NCBI GenBank assembly: GCA_942490925.1
Contig: CALNYX010000017.1
Span: 888,143 to 952,142, forward strand
DNA from: an uncultured Chlamydiaceae bacterium
Lineage (GTDB): Bacteria; Chlamydiota; Chlamydiia; Chlamydiales; JAAKFR01
DNA: 64,000 nucleotides
Direction: 5' to 3'
The position numbers and the translations under genes are program-made. Shown piece by piece: positions 1-10,600 of this stretch (positions are counted from its first letter, which is position 1; each line of letters starts with the position of its first letter). The notes under the pieces were generated by a model. It was not told where the DNA came from. It saw only the letters and a program-made list of their open reading frames with translations, and did no database searches.

Positions 1-9
1 ATCATCACA

Positions 10-744
10 GTGATGATTAACTATCTCTTGAAGATTTTCTGGGGCACACGCGCCATGGACGTTATCTTTGGCTTCCTAGCTTTTCTCTTTCTTTTCTTTT
101 TAGCGACCTGGTTTCATTTCCCAGTCCTTGGAAAGATCATGCTCAATGTGGTGAATGTTGCCGTCTTAGCCGTCTTCATCATTTTCCAACCTGAGATCCG
201 CTTAGCGCTTGCGCGCGTCAGGATTAAAGGGCGTAAGCTGCGTGAAATTCACGAATTTGATCAATTTCTAGAGCATTTATCAACAACTGTTTATAGGCTT
301 GCTGAAAAAGAAATTGGGGCTCTGATAGTTTTAGAAAACCAAGATAGTGTGATGGAGTATACAAGCTCTGCAGTAAAGCTGAATGCTGATTTTTCTCCTG
401 AACTTTTAGAATCGGTCTTTATGACAACCACGCCGTTGCATGATGGAGCTGTTGTTGTACGTGATACCACAATTCTCTCAGCTGGAACTATTCTGCCTCT
501 TGCACAAGAGACAGCGCAGCTTTCAAAAACAATGGGAACCCGTCATAGAGCTGCTCTAGGGGCGAGTCAAAAGACAGATGCTCTCATCATTGTAATCTCT
601 GAGGAGACAGGAAAAGTTTCGATTGCTCGCGATGGAATTTTAACGCGCGGCATCAAGGTCGATCGTTTTCGCGGGATTATTCGAAGTATCTTCACACCGC
701 CAGATGTGGCCAAAAAAATCAAACTTTGGAAGTGGGGTAAATGA
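10..744 (+). CDS. dacA: diadenylate cyclase (c-di-AMP synthase, CdaA/DacA type); N-terminus may lie upstream of the window
   Basis: N-terminal TM helices are followed by DAC-domain motifs TTPLHDGAVVVRD and GTRHRAALG...IVISEETGKVSIA. There is no in-frame stop between nt 1 and the GTG/ATG at 10-15. Confidence 0.85.
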   Translation: MMINYLLKIFWGTRAMDVIFGFLAFLFLFFLATWFHFPVLGKIMLNVVNVAVLAVFIIFQPEIRLALARVRIKGRKLREIHEFDQFLEHLSTTVYRLAEKEIGALIVLENQDSVMEYTSSAVKLNADFSPELLESVFMTTTPLHDGAVVVRDTTILSAGTILPLAQETAQLSKTMGTRHRAALGASQKTDALIIVISEETGKVSIARDGILTRGIKVDRFRGIIRSIFTPPDVAKKIKLWKWGK

Positions 745-1979
745 AAGAAGTTCTTCACCGCATTTTTCTCAAAAACTGGCCACGCAAGCTTATTGCACTT
801 ATCTCAGCTGTCGTTGTTTGGTTTCTGGTGAACGAGACAATCACCATCACGCGCACGATTCCCAATGTACCTGTTAGAGTGATCAATCTCTCTGCCGATA
901 AAACGGTCATTGGATTACTGCCGACCGGATTTTTGAAGTATCGCGTCTCCATTACTGTCACGGGAATGAAATCAACTGTCAATGAACTGAGGCCTGGTGA
1001 TCTAGAAGTTGTCATCAATGCGGAGGGTAAAACTGAGAGTTGGATTGCTTCTGTAGACAAGCAGGATCTGGTCAACCTCTCAGAGGATAACAAAGAGTGG
1101 CGCAAAGCAATCTCAACGGTTACAGCAAACGATCTCTATATCAAACTCAGTAAGCTTGTGACTGAGGAAATCCCTCTTACCATCAATAAGCCTATTGGAG
1201 ATCCACCAAAGGGATACCAATTCCTAGACATTTGGCCAAAATATCTCACGCAAAAAGTGAGTGGCCCTCAGGAGCAGGTTGCAGCCCTTAAGGAACACGG
1301 ACTTGAAGTTACATTTAACCTCAGTCGAATTACAAAATCTGAACTAGATACTTTAAATAGCTCTTCACAAACCGATGAACTGAGCTTCTTTGTCCCTGAA
1401 GCATGGAAGATGGTTGCGCTTCCTTTCAAAGATAACATTCAAGAGCCATTCAATGATCCACGTGCCAAGTTACTGCGCATTGATTTTCTTAAGCAGGAAT
1501 TGATTCCACTCGGCGTTGAACTGCCAATCACAATCTTCTTCCCTGTGAAGTATAGCCGGACCATTAATCCGCAAACCTACTCCCTTGCAACAAATCAGAT
1601 TGTAGAGAAGAAAAGTGGATTAAAGTTATTAACCATTCCTCTCTATGTCAGAGATGTAAGCCGTCTGTTTCTCGATGTTGTGCGCGATAACTTGCTGCTG
1701 ACTATCATTGCTACGCCACAGAGTGTACAAGAGCCTCTGAACTGGGCGATTGAATTTATTGATGAAAAAGCTCTCGAAGATGCGTATGTTGCCGCTTCGT
1801 TGAAGGAGATGGAAAAGACACACAAAGAGAACGAGTCTTTCTCGCAATATAATGAGCGGGCCATTCGCTTCCGATTCCGTGACTATTTGCGGCATCTTGA
1901 TCTCTTTACAGAAGATGGTTCTGCCTTAGAGCTTCAAGCTGAACTCGGCGGGAGCACCATTAAGCTAGACACAAAATGA
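741..1979 (+). CDS. ybbR: YbbR-domain protein (CdaR-like partner of the cyclase)
   Basis: ATGA overlap with dacA. It has an N-terminal TM helix (LIALISAVVVWFLV). Beta-rich segments (VPVRVINL...ITVTGMKSTVNELRPGDLEVVINAEG) look like YbbR repeats. Confidence 0.7.
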   Translation: MKEVLHRIFLKNWPRKLIALISAVVVWFLVNETITITRTIPNVPVRVINLSADKTVIGLLPTGFLKYRVSITVTGMKSTVNELRPGDLEVVINAEGKTESWIASVDKQDLVNLSEDNKEWRKAISTVTANDLYIKLSKLVTEEIPLTINKPIGDPPKGYQFLDIWPKYLTQKVSGPQEQVAALKEHGLEVTFNLSRITKSELDTLNSSSQTDELSFFVPEAWKMVALPFKDNIQEPFNDPRAKLLRIDFLKQELIPLGVELPITIFFPVKYSRTINPQTYSLATNQIVEKKSGLKLLTIPLYVRDVSRLFLDVVRDNLLLTIIATPQSVQEPLNWAIEFIDEKALEDAYVAASLKEMEKTHKENESFSQYNERAIRFRFRDYLRHLDLFTEDGSALELQAELGGSTIKLDTK

Positions 1980-3016
1980 AAGTTGCATTTCTCAAAAGCC
2001 GACTGAACTATCGTGGCGGTCTAGAAAAATATACATTGGCGCTTGCTCAATCTTTCCAAGAGAAGGGAGATTGCGTCTCCCTTCTCACAACTGATCCAAT
2101 GCCTGGTGCCATCAATCTCGGTCGCAGCTCAAAACTTTCGATCTACCACCATCTCCATTTTGATCAGCTTTGCAGCAGATGGCTAAAAGAGCATCCGCAA
2201 GACATCGTCTTTGGTATGGAGCGCAATCGCCATCAGACACACTACCGCGCAGGAAGTGGTGTGCATGCTTGCTATCTCAAACAACGGATGGAGATAGAGC
2301 CTTTTTCCAAGCGCCTCTCTCTTCGCCTTAATCCCCTCCACCATTTCTTGCTCAAACGGGAGAAAGAGGCCTTTGAAGACCCAAATCTCAAGGTTCTTTT
2401 CACCAATTCCCACATGGTACGTCAGCAAATCCTAGAAACGTATGCTGTCGATCCACAAAAAATCCAAGTTGTCCACAACGGAGTTGAGTGGCATGCATTT
2501 GAAAAGCCTTTCCAAAAACGCAAACCGGACTCCCCTTTCACTTTCCTTTTCGTTGGTAACGATTACCACCGAAAAGGACTACGCTATCTTTTGGAAGCCT
2601 TACCAAAGGAGTGTCAGCTTTTAGTTGTAGGCAAAGAGAAGGATGAGTCTTACTTTCGTCAAATAGCTTCCAAGCAAGTCACATTTTATGGTCCTCAAAA
2701 AGACTTGATCCCCTTTTATCGAAGAGCTCATGCTCTTGTCATTCCCTCTCTTTATGACCCTTTTTCCAATGTCACGCTCGAAGCTATGGCTATGGGCCTT
2801 TTTGTCGTTTCATCGAAGTTTAATGGAGGGCATGAGATTTTGACTCCTCAGACGGGAGCTGTCATTGAGGATCTTTTTTCAAAAGAGAGCGTTGTACAAT
2901 CTCTTGAAAAAGCTTTTGATTCTCAAGGAGCTAAAGAGATTCGTGAGCATGTCAAGCAGCTTGACTTTAGCAATCAGCTTGCGAAAATTGTAGAAATTGT
3001 TTACAAATCGCAGTAA
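1976..3016 (+). CDS. glycosyltransferase, GT4 / group 1 (GT-B fold)
   Basis: N-terminal GGLEKYTLALAQ and C-terminal PSLYDPFSNVTLEAMAMGLFVVSS (the E-x7-E region) are typical of group-1 glycosyltransferases. ATGA overlap with ybbR. Confidence 0.8.
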   Translation: MKVAFLKSRLNYRGGLEKYTLALAQSFQEKGDCVSLLTTDPMPGAINLGRSSKLSIYHHLHFDQLCSRWLKEHPQDIVFGMERNRHQTHYRAGSGVHACYLKQRMEIEPFSKRLSLRLNPLHHFLLKREKEAFEDPNLKVLFTNSHMVRQQILETYAVDPQKIQVVHNGVEWHAFEKPFQKRKPDSPFTFLFVGNDYHRKGLRYLLEALPKECQLLVVGKEKDESYFRQIASKQVTFYGPQKDLIPFYRRAHALVIPSLYDPFSNVTLEAMAMGLFVVSSKFNGGHEILTPQTGAVIEDLFSKESVVQSLEKAFDSQGAKEIREHVKQLDFSNQLAKIVEIVYKSQ

Positions 3017-4098
3017 TGTTTATCCGCCTATTTCTGCTTATTTTCGCTGCTTATTCCCTCCTAAATTGTGAGTTGCCTGCCTGCACAGGTCTCTTAGTTG
3101 AAGCAAAAGATCATACAATTGTTTCAGGGCGTACAGTCGAGTTTGGCATCGACCTCGATATGCATGTCGCCGTTATTCCTAGAGGCATGCAGTTTGTTGG
3201 ACAAACGCCTAAAGGCAATGGAATTTCCTACACTTCTAAATATGCTGCTGCAGGTATTTATTGTTTTGATCAAACAATAATTATGGACGGAATCAATGAA
3301 AAAGGGTTAGTTGCTGCGGCTTTTTATTTTTCTAATTACGCTCAATATGCTGATATTAATGCTCAGAACCAAAATCAAGCCCTTTCACCAGTTGACTTTA
3401 CCAACTGGATTCTGACCCAGTTTGCTACGATAGATGAAGTTAAAGAGGGCATTGAGTCGATTGCTATTGCGCCTACTGTTCTGAAAAATTGGGGGCCAAC
3501 ACCTCCTCCATTCCATTACATTGTTTATGATAAAAGCGGCAAAAGCATAGTGATTGAGCCGCGCGGTGGCACCTTAAAAGTTTATGAAAATAAGATCGGT
3601 ACGATCACCAATTCACCCACATTTGACTGGCAATTGACAAATCTCAGTAACTACATGAATCTATCGCCTTATAATGTACATCCTCTTGATTTAAGGGGGT
3701 TTCTCACAACAAGTTTTGGACAGGGCTCAGGAATGTTGGGACTTCCAGGTGACTTTACACCTCCCTCGCGCTTTGTCCGAGCAGCACTATTTTCAACAAG
3801 TGAGCTTCCAGCCAAAAATTCTCAAGAATCGGTCTATCAAACTTTTCATATTCTCAATCAATTTGACATCCCCTATGGCTCAGTTCGAGATAAGCAGCGA
3901 TCGGGCACTTCGTATGATTTCACTCAGCTGACCTCAGTAAAAGATCCCCAAAAGCTCTGTTACTACTACCGCTCTTATGAGGACCAGACAATTCGCTATA
4001 TCGACCTCAACCAGTTTGATTTGAATAGCAAGACGATCAAAAAACGCCTTGTTGGTGGAGACCAAAGAGGCGTTGATGTTTCTTCACTACTCAGATAA
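3016..4098 (+). CDS. choloylglycine hydrolase / linear amide C-N hydrolase family (Ntn hydrolase), secreted
   Basis: A signal peptide is followed by a candidate nucleophile Cys (LPA-CTGLLV). Family-like blocks include NEKGL..AAFYF, YIVYDKSGKSIVIEP, ITNSPTFDWQ and PGDFTPPSRFVRA. Its start overlaps the preceding stop by 1 nt (TAATG). Confidence 0.8.
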   Translation: MFIRLFLLIFAAYSLLNCELPACTGLLVEAKDHTIVSGRTVEFGIDLDMHVAVIPRGMQFVGQTPKGNGISYTSKYAAAGIYCFDQTIIMDGINEKGLVAAAFYFSNYAQYADINAQNQNQALSPVDFTNWILTQFATIDEVKEGIESIAIAPTVLKNWGPTPPPFHYIVYDKSGKSIVIEPRGGTLKVYENKIGTITNSPTFDWQLTNLSNYMNLSPYNVHPLDLRGFLTTSFGQGSGMLGLPGDFTPPSRFVRAALFSTSELPAKNSQESVYQTFHILNQFDIPYGSVRDKQRSGTSYDFTQLTSVKDPQKLCYYYRSYEDQTIRYIDLNQFDLNSKTIKKRLVGGDQRGVDVSSLLR

Positions 4099-4145
4099 TT
4101 GCGATCCATAGACATTTTATGGGGACTTGAGTACAATTCTGGGAG

Positions 4146-5351
4146 ATGATCTCCTATTTTTTTGTCCGAGTTTTTGGCTTTTTAATCTCCCTACTACCCT
4201 ATTCAGCTGTACATGCTATTGGAAGGGTAACGGGAAGTCTCGTCTACTATGTGCATACGCCCTTTCGCAAAAAAGCGATGAGTAATCTGGCGATTGCCTA
4301 TGGCAACACCTTGAGTGAAAAGCAGCGAAAAAAATTGGCTCGCCAATCGTTTCAAAATTTGATGATCACTTGTCTTGAATTTTTTCGATTGAAAAAAAGA
4401 GATCTGAAAAAAGTAATCAAAATGGTTGGACCTGAAAAGGTGACCGGTCTGCAGGAAAAAGGGCAGGGTATTGTCTTTCTAACGGGTCATCAAGCAAATT
4501 GGGAAATCCCCTTCTTGACGATCAACATGCTATCGCCTGGTGGTGTTGCTGTTGGTCGCCCAATTAAAAACCCCTATCTCTACCGCTGGGTTCTTTCTGT
4601 TCGAGAGATGAATGGGGGAAAAATTGTGATGCCAAGACAGGCGATCAAATCTGGATTAAAAGCTTTGCGCGCTGGTAAATACATCGGAATTGTGGGTGAT
4701 CAAGCTTTCCCTGATAGCGACTACTCCTACCCGTTTTTTGGAACGCGCGCGTGGACTTCAACAGCTCCAGCGCTTCTGGCCTACAAGACTAAATCCCCAA
4801 TCATCGTAGGCACATCGCATCGGATGCGCAATCACTACGAAGTGCGCGGCTCTGAGCATCTCTGGCCTGACTACTCAAAACCAATGAAAGAAGCTGTGGT
4901 TGATCTGATGGATCGAGCGATGCAGCACTTGGAGCAGAGTATCAAGGGTTCTCCAGATCAGTGGATGTGGATCCATGATCGGTGGAAACAGCAAGGTATT
5001 GATCATGTCAAGCGGCAATACCGCTACGGTTTTGTGCTTTTGATTTTCAAAGAGGCTCCAAGTATGATGCTTGTCAAACGGCTACGCCAGATTTTCCCTC
5101 GCAGTTTCTTGACCTATTGGTTGCCTGAAGGGGTTGAAATTGAGACCGATTGTGAAGTGAAGCACTATCGTGATTCAAGTGAGATCATGGTGCGGGATTG
5201 GCGTTATCAGTTGGTGCTTGATTTTGCAAATATGCCGCGTGTGCGTCGCCACTACCGAAGCCTTGGAGCTGTCAAAACACTCGTTGTAACTCCTGAAAAT
5301 GTGAAACAAACTGTTGTAAAGCCAGAATGCCTGCAAACCGTTACTATCTAG
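4146..5351 (+). CDS. lipid A biosynthesis (Kdo)2-lipid IVA acyltransferase family (LpxL/HtrB-like) with a C-terminal extension of about 100 aa
   Basis: N-terminal TM helix, acyltransferase H-x4-E motif (GHQANWE), GIVGDQ block and a PDQWMWIHDRWK tail are typical of the LpxL/LpxM family. About 100 further residues follow the usual end. Confidence 0.75.
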   Translation: MISYFFVRVFGFLISLLPYSAVHAIGRVTGSLVYYVHTPFRKKAMSNLAIAYGNTLSEKQRKKLARQSFQNLMITCLEFFRLKKRDLKKVIKMVGPEKVTGLQEKGQGIVFLTGHQANWEIPFLTINMLSPGGVAVGRPIKNPYLYRWVLSVREMNGGKIVMPRQAIKSGLKALRAGKYIGIVGDQAFPDSDYSYPFFGTRAWTSTAPALLAYKTKSPIIVGTSHRMRNHYEVRGSEHLWPDYSKPMKEAVVDLMDRAMQHLEQSIKGSPDQWMWIHDRWKQQGIDHVKRQYRYGFVLLIFKEAPSMMLVKRLRQIFPRSFLTYWLPEGVEIETDCEVKHYRDSSEIMVRDWRYQLVLDFANMPRVRRHYRSLGAVKTLVVTPENVKQTVVKPECLQTVTI

Positions 5352-6010
5352 ATGCCCCTTTCAAAAAGGGAGCGATGCATACACTTGCCCAAAGCGAGCA
5401 GCGCCACTTGAAAAAGGTGATGCGCGCGAAAGAGGGCACGAAACTCGAGCTCGTCAATGGTCGAGGCCAATTGGCAATCGGCTCACTTGTTGGTGAAGAG
5501 GTGCGACTTGAAAAAGTGAGCGAAGAGAAGACTCCAGAGCCTCTGATCCTCTGCCAAGCGCTGCCACGCGCTAACCGTCTCGATTCGATTGTTGAAAAAG
5601 GGACGGAGCTGGGTATGACAGAGCTTTGGCTTTTTCCTGGGGAGCTGAGTGAAAAAAAAGGGGCTAATCTTGCAAGGTTGGAGGCAATTACAATTGCAGC
5701 AATGAAGCAGTGTGGACGGCTCGACCTGCCAAAGGTGGTGATAAAAGAGCCTCTGCTAAAATGGGACAAGCTTCCTTATCCTGCCTTTTTTGGGGATGTC
5801 GAGCAGAGAGCTTCTGTTTTTGAATGCGACGAAAAGAGCCTCCTTTTCTTTGTCGGTCCAGAAGCGGGATTCAGTGAAAAGGAGGAGAAGCATTTGCGTC
5901 AGTTAGGAGCTAAAGGAGTGAAACTCCATCCTTACATTTTGCGCACGGATACAGCTCCGCTTGTAGCGCTTAGTCTGATTCAGTTGGCACGGATGAAACA
6001 CCACCCTTAA
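5327..6010 (+). CDS. rsmE: 16S rRNA (uracil1498-N3)-methyltransferase RsmE
   Basis: RYYLD start, PRANRLDSIVEKGTELG block and C-terminal FVGPEAGFSEKE...ILRTDTAPLVAL (SPOUT knot region). Confidence 0.85.
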   Translation: MPANRYYLDAPFKKGAMHTLAQSEQRHLKKVMRAKEGTKLELVNGRGQLAIGSLVGEEVRLEKVSEEKTPEPLILCQALPRANRLDSIVEKGTELGMTELWLFPGELSEKKGANLARLEAITIAAMKQCGRLDLPKVVIKEPLLKWDKLPYPAFFGDVEQRASVFECDEKSLLFFVGPEAGFSEKEEKHLRQLGAKGVKLHPYILRTDTAPLVALSLIQLARMKHHP

Positions 6011-7460
6011 CAAGCATCTCTCCGATGCTATCGACAACCATCATATTGGTTGTTCCAGCTCTGCCAAAGGGTGTTCCAGCTGTGATGACAACAAGATCTC
6101 CATACTGCACGAGCTTTCTTCCAAGGGCGTACTCACTAAGTTTTTTGTAGGCATCTTCAATCGTCACAGCACTTGGATCATACAAGGGTATCACGCCCCA
6201 GCAAAGGGCGAGCTGATGGTAGACTTTGAGACTCGGGGTCATGGCGATGATCGGTACGCGCGGTCTTAGTCTAGAGAGCAAGCGAGCTGTAGCTCCGCTT
6301 GTGGTAAAGGCAAAAATCGCTTTTGCATTGGCGCTATAAGCTGTTTTGATGCTCGCTGCAGCAACTGACGAGGCGACACTGAGCAATTCTCTTTCTGTGC
6401 TGAGTTTGAAAAAGTCTTCGTAGTCAAAGTCTCTTTCTGTCTCTTCAATAATCGATTTCATCATGCGCACAGCTTTGATCGGATATTTTCCAATGGCTGT
6501 CTCGCCTGAAAGCATCACTGCAGATGTACTGTCGTAAATTGCATTGGCGACATCAGAAGCTTCAGCGCGTGTCGGCCGGGGATTGACGATCATCGATTCG
6601 AGCATCTGAGTCGCTGTGACTGTCGATTTGCCAGCGCGGTAACTTTTGCGGACCATCATCTTTTGCAGACGAGGCACTTGATTCAAGGGAAGTTCAACAC
6701 CTAAATCTCCTCTTGCAATCATGATGCCATCGGCAACTTGCAAGATGCTTTCGAAATTGTCGACGCCACGTCCATTTTCAATCTTGGCAATGACTTTGGT
6801 GCTTGAGCATCCTTTCTGTTCTAAGATATGCTTGATAGCCAAGACATCCTCGGCAGAACGGACAAATGAGGCGGCAACCATGTCGACATCTTGCGCGCAT
6901 CCAAAATGAATATCATCCACATCTTTGGTGGTAAGAGAGGGAAGTTGGACATCGGCTCCGGGGATATTTACCCCTTTTGTCGAACGAATGATTCCACCAT
7001 GGTCAATCTCAACTTTGACACCACGTTCACTAATCTCTACGACATGTGTGACGATGTAGCCATTGTCGAGAAGGACAAACATCTCTTTGCGCAGGGCATC
7101 GAGGGCCGAGGGAGGCCTGAGCGTAATGGCTTCGCCATCTCCTTCGATTTCATCGCGTACAAGCCAGAGCTGTTGCCCCTCTTTGAGTGAGAGCTCATCA
7201 ACTTTGAGCTTGCCCAAACGAATCTCTGGCCCTTTCGTGTCGAGCATGATTCCAAGGGGAACTTTGAGTTTTTCTCGCACATCCTTGAGGAGTTGGATAT
7301 GCTCTCCATGGCTTTCATGTGTGCCGTGACTAAAATTGAGGCGCGCAATGTTCATTCCTGCTAGAATGAGCTCCTCGATTTTTTCTGGCGTGCAACAGGC
7401 AGGGCCAATAGTGCAAACAATTTTTGTGCGCGTAACCATAGATGGGATTATCCATAACAC
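5970..7460 (-). CDS. pyk: pyruvate kinase
   Basis: TKIVCTIGPA, MNIARLNFSHG, MLDTKGPEIR, IAKIENGRGV and MIARGDLGVE motifs. The more likely start is the ATG at 7439 (MVTRTKIVCTIGP). Confidence 0.95.
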   Translation of the reverse strand: MLWIIPSMVTRTKIVCTIGPACCTPEKIEELILAGMNIARLNFSHGTHESHGEHIQLLKDVREKLKVPLGIMLDTKGPEIRLGKLKVDELSLKEGQQLWLVRDEIEGDGEAITLRPPSALDALRKEMFVLLDNGYIVTHVVEISERGVKVEIDHGGIIRSTKGVNIPGADVQLPSLTTKDVDDIHFGCAQDVDMVAASFVRSAEDVLAIKHILEQKGCSSTKVIAKIENGRGVDNFESILQVADGIMIARGDLGVELPLNQVPRLQKMMVRKSYRAGKSTVTATQMLESMIVNPRPTRAEASDVANAIYDSTSAVMLSGETAIGKYPIKAVRMMKSIIEETERDFDYEDFFKLSTERELLSVASSVAAASIKTAYSANAKAIFAFTTSGATARLLSRLRPRVPIIAMTPSLKVYHQLALCWGVIPLYDPSAVTIEDAYKKLSEYALGRKLVQYGDLVVITAGTPFGRAGTTNMMVVDSIGEMLVKGGVSSVPTESD

Positions 7461-7474
7461 GATTCATAATTTAA

Positions 7475-7637
7475 AGGAACCTCTGAAAAATGCCGGCCTT
7501 GAATCTTTCAGTGCAATTTGCACCAGAGCGTCATTTTTGCCCTCCCTAACCCACAAGGGGTTAGCTTCGGTCTTCAAATTTAGCTCTGTTACAAATTTCA
7601 CTAAAATCTCCAAAACCCTCATTATTCAGAGGTTCCT
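7475..7637. repeat. 13-bp perfect inverted repeat bracketing the pyk-uvrA intergenic region
   Basis: aggaacctctgaa (7475-7487) and ttcagaggttcct (7625-7637). Each copy reads TTCAGAGGTTCCT in the direction of the adjacent gene. Confidence 0.6.
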
Positions 7638-7643
7638 AAAGTC

Positions 7644-10600
7644 ATGATTGTTCTAAAAAAGGTCTCGGTTCATAACCTCAAAAAGGTCAACCTTACACTC
7701 AAGCCAGGTGAGTTGATCCTCTTTACGGGCGTCTCTGGCTCTGGCAAATCCTCCATGGCCTTCGACACCATTTTTGTCGAAGGACAACGGCGCTACATCG
7801 AATCGCTCTCCTCTTTTGCCCGCCGCTATATCGGAGACATGAGCAAACCTGATGTCGAATTTGTCGGTGGACTCTCCCCAACCATCGCAATCGAGCAGAA
7901 GAGCGCTGGTAAAAATCCTAGATCGACAGTCGGAACACTCACTGAGATCTATGACTTTCTCCGTGTGCTATATGCCAGAGTTGGCACTCCCTACTGCCCA
8001 GAAACGGACGAGCCTGTAACCACGCAGAGCAAAGAACGGATCATCAAAAAGGTTCAAAAACTCCCTGAAGGTGGACGACTTGTCTTTCTAGCTCCCTATG
8101 CAAAAGATAAAAAGGGTGAGTTCAAAGAAGATTTTGCTTTCCTACTCAAAAAAGGCTTGATGCGCGCTCGGGTCGATGGCAACTTTGTCGATCTGAGCGA
8201 AGAGATCTCACTAGACAAAAGTCTGACGCATACAATTGATGTGGTGATCGATCGACTCAAAGTCTCTTCTGAAAATCAAACGCGCCTTGCTGAAGCAACG
8301 CTGCACGCTCTTGAAATCGGAAAAGGGATGTTCAGCATCTACGATATGGAGACCAAAGAGGAGGTGCTCTATTCAACGCATGCCTACTCCAAAAAAGCGG
8401 GCGTCTACTACTCCTCTCTTGAACCTCATGATTTTTCCTTCAACAGCCCCTCAGGCATGTGTCCCACCTGCCTTGGCTTGGGAGAGACAAAAACCTTTGA
8501 CTTGAACCTCATCCTTGACCCTGAAAAGAGCATCTCTGAAGATTGTTGTCTCATCGGCGGTAACTTCAACACGGTGCGCTACAGCAATATCTACCGCAAT
8601 TTGTCAGAACTCTACAACTTTGATCTCGATACTCCGTGGAAAGATCTCTCGAAGCGAGCCCAAAACATCTTCCTCTATGGAGTGAAAAAGAAGTGGCTTC
8701 AGATGCACTTTGTTCACCCAACACGCCCAGTGAGTTGGACTGACTATGTTGCCTGGCGTGGTGTTGTGCATGAAGCACAAAAGCGGTACTCTGAGGCCAA
8801 AAGTGATCTCTATCGGAAGAAGATGGAGCAATTGATGCACCATGAGCGCTGCCCCGACTGCCTCGGTGCGCGCCTCAAAGCGTATCCTGCTGCTACGCGA
8901 CTGGGAAGCAAAAAGATTCATGAATTGACCGCCTTGACAATTGAAGAGCTCACCACGTTTTTTGACACGTTGAAGCTCGATGCAACTGAGCAGGTGATCG
9001 CAGAAGAGCTCTTGCTTGAGATTCATAAAAGACTCCGCTTTTTGAAAGAGGTTGGCTTGCACTACCTCTCGCTTGATCGTACAGCGCCCACACTTTCAGG
9101 AGGAGAGGCGCAACGTGTGCGACTCGCCTCTCAAATTGGCTCGGGACTTGTGGGTGTGACCTATGTGCTCGATGAACCTTCCATCGGGCTGCATCCACGC
9201 GATAATCAGAAGTTGATCACAAGTCTCAAACGGCTACGGGATGTAGGCAACACGGTGATTGTCGTTGAGCATGATGAAGAGACGATTCGAGCGGCTGATC
9301 GGATCGTTGATTTTGGCCCAGGTCCAGGAACAAAGGGAGGAAAAATCCTCGTTAACGGTACACAAGAGGAGCTACTGGCTCACCGCGAATCCCTCACTGC
9401 TGACTACCTAACTGGAAGAAAGCGGATTGAGATTCCCAAAGAGCGACGTGAGCCAGAGGGTTTTCTCACACTTGTTGGCGCCACACATCACAACCTGCGT
9501 AACTGTACGGCCAAAATCCCGTTAGGAGTAATGGTTGCTGTGACGGGTGTTTCGGGCTCTGGAAAATCTTCGTTGATCATCGAGACTCTTTACCCAGCTC
9601 TTGCCAATCATTTGCACAATGCTGAGCATGTCGTTGGCAACTATGAGACGCTCGAAGGGCTTGAGCAGATCGACAAGGTGATTGCCATCGACCAATCGTC
9701 AATCGGAAAGAATCCCCGCTCCAACCCCTCAACCTACATCAAGATTTTCGATGAGATTCGCTCTCTTTTCTGTCGCCTGCCTGAGAGTCAAGCGCGCGGC
9801 TATCAACCTGGACGCTTCAGCTTCAACGTGCGTGAAGGCTCCTGCCCCCGTTGTGAGGGAATGGGCATGGTGCGTGTCGACATGGACTTTTTGGAAGATC
9901 AATGGGTCGTCTGCCCTAACTGCCAGAACAAACGTTTTGATCCTGAAACTCTCTCGATCTACTACAAGGGAAAGAATATCCATGATGTCCTAGAGATGAC
10001 AGTTGCCGAGGCTCTGGCCTTTTTTGCCAACATTCCAGCTCTGAAAAGAAAGCTCGTTCTGCTTGAAAAAGTTGGCATGGATTACATGACCCTTGGACAA
10101 GCCTCTACAACGCTCTCGGGTGGAGAGGCGCAACGCATCAAGCTTGCCAAACAACTCGTGCGTCCTCCTTCAGGAAATACACTCTACATCTTGGATGAGC
10201 CTACAACAGGATTGCATTTCCATGATATTCAGGCGCTACTCAAAGTGCTCAATGAACTTGTTGCCCGCGGAAATACGGTGCTTGTCATCGAACACAACAT
10301 GGACGTGGTCAAAACAGCTGACTGGGTGATTGATATAGGCCCTGAAGCAGGAGCTGCAGGAGGTGCTGTTGTTGCAGCTGGCACTCCAGAAGTTGTCGCA
10401 AAACAGAGCTCTCCAACAGGCATCGCAATTGCCGAAGCACTGCATCCACAGCTGCATGAAACTCCAACACCTATACATGTAGAAACATCCCCCTACCATG
10501 AAATTCAGATAAGCGGCGCCGCGCAAAACAACTTAAAACACCTTGAATTGCAAATTCCACGTGGTGCGATTACTGTCTGCTCAGGTCCTTCTGGATCGGG

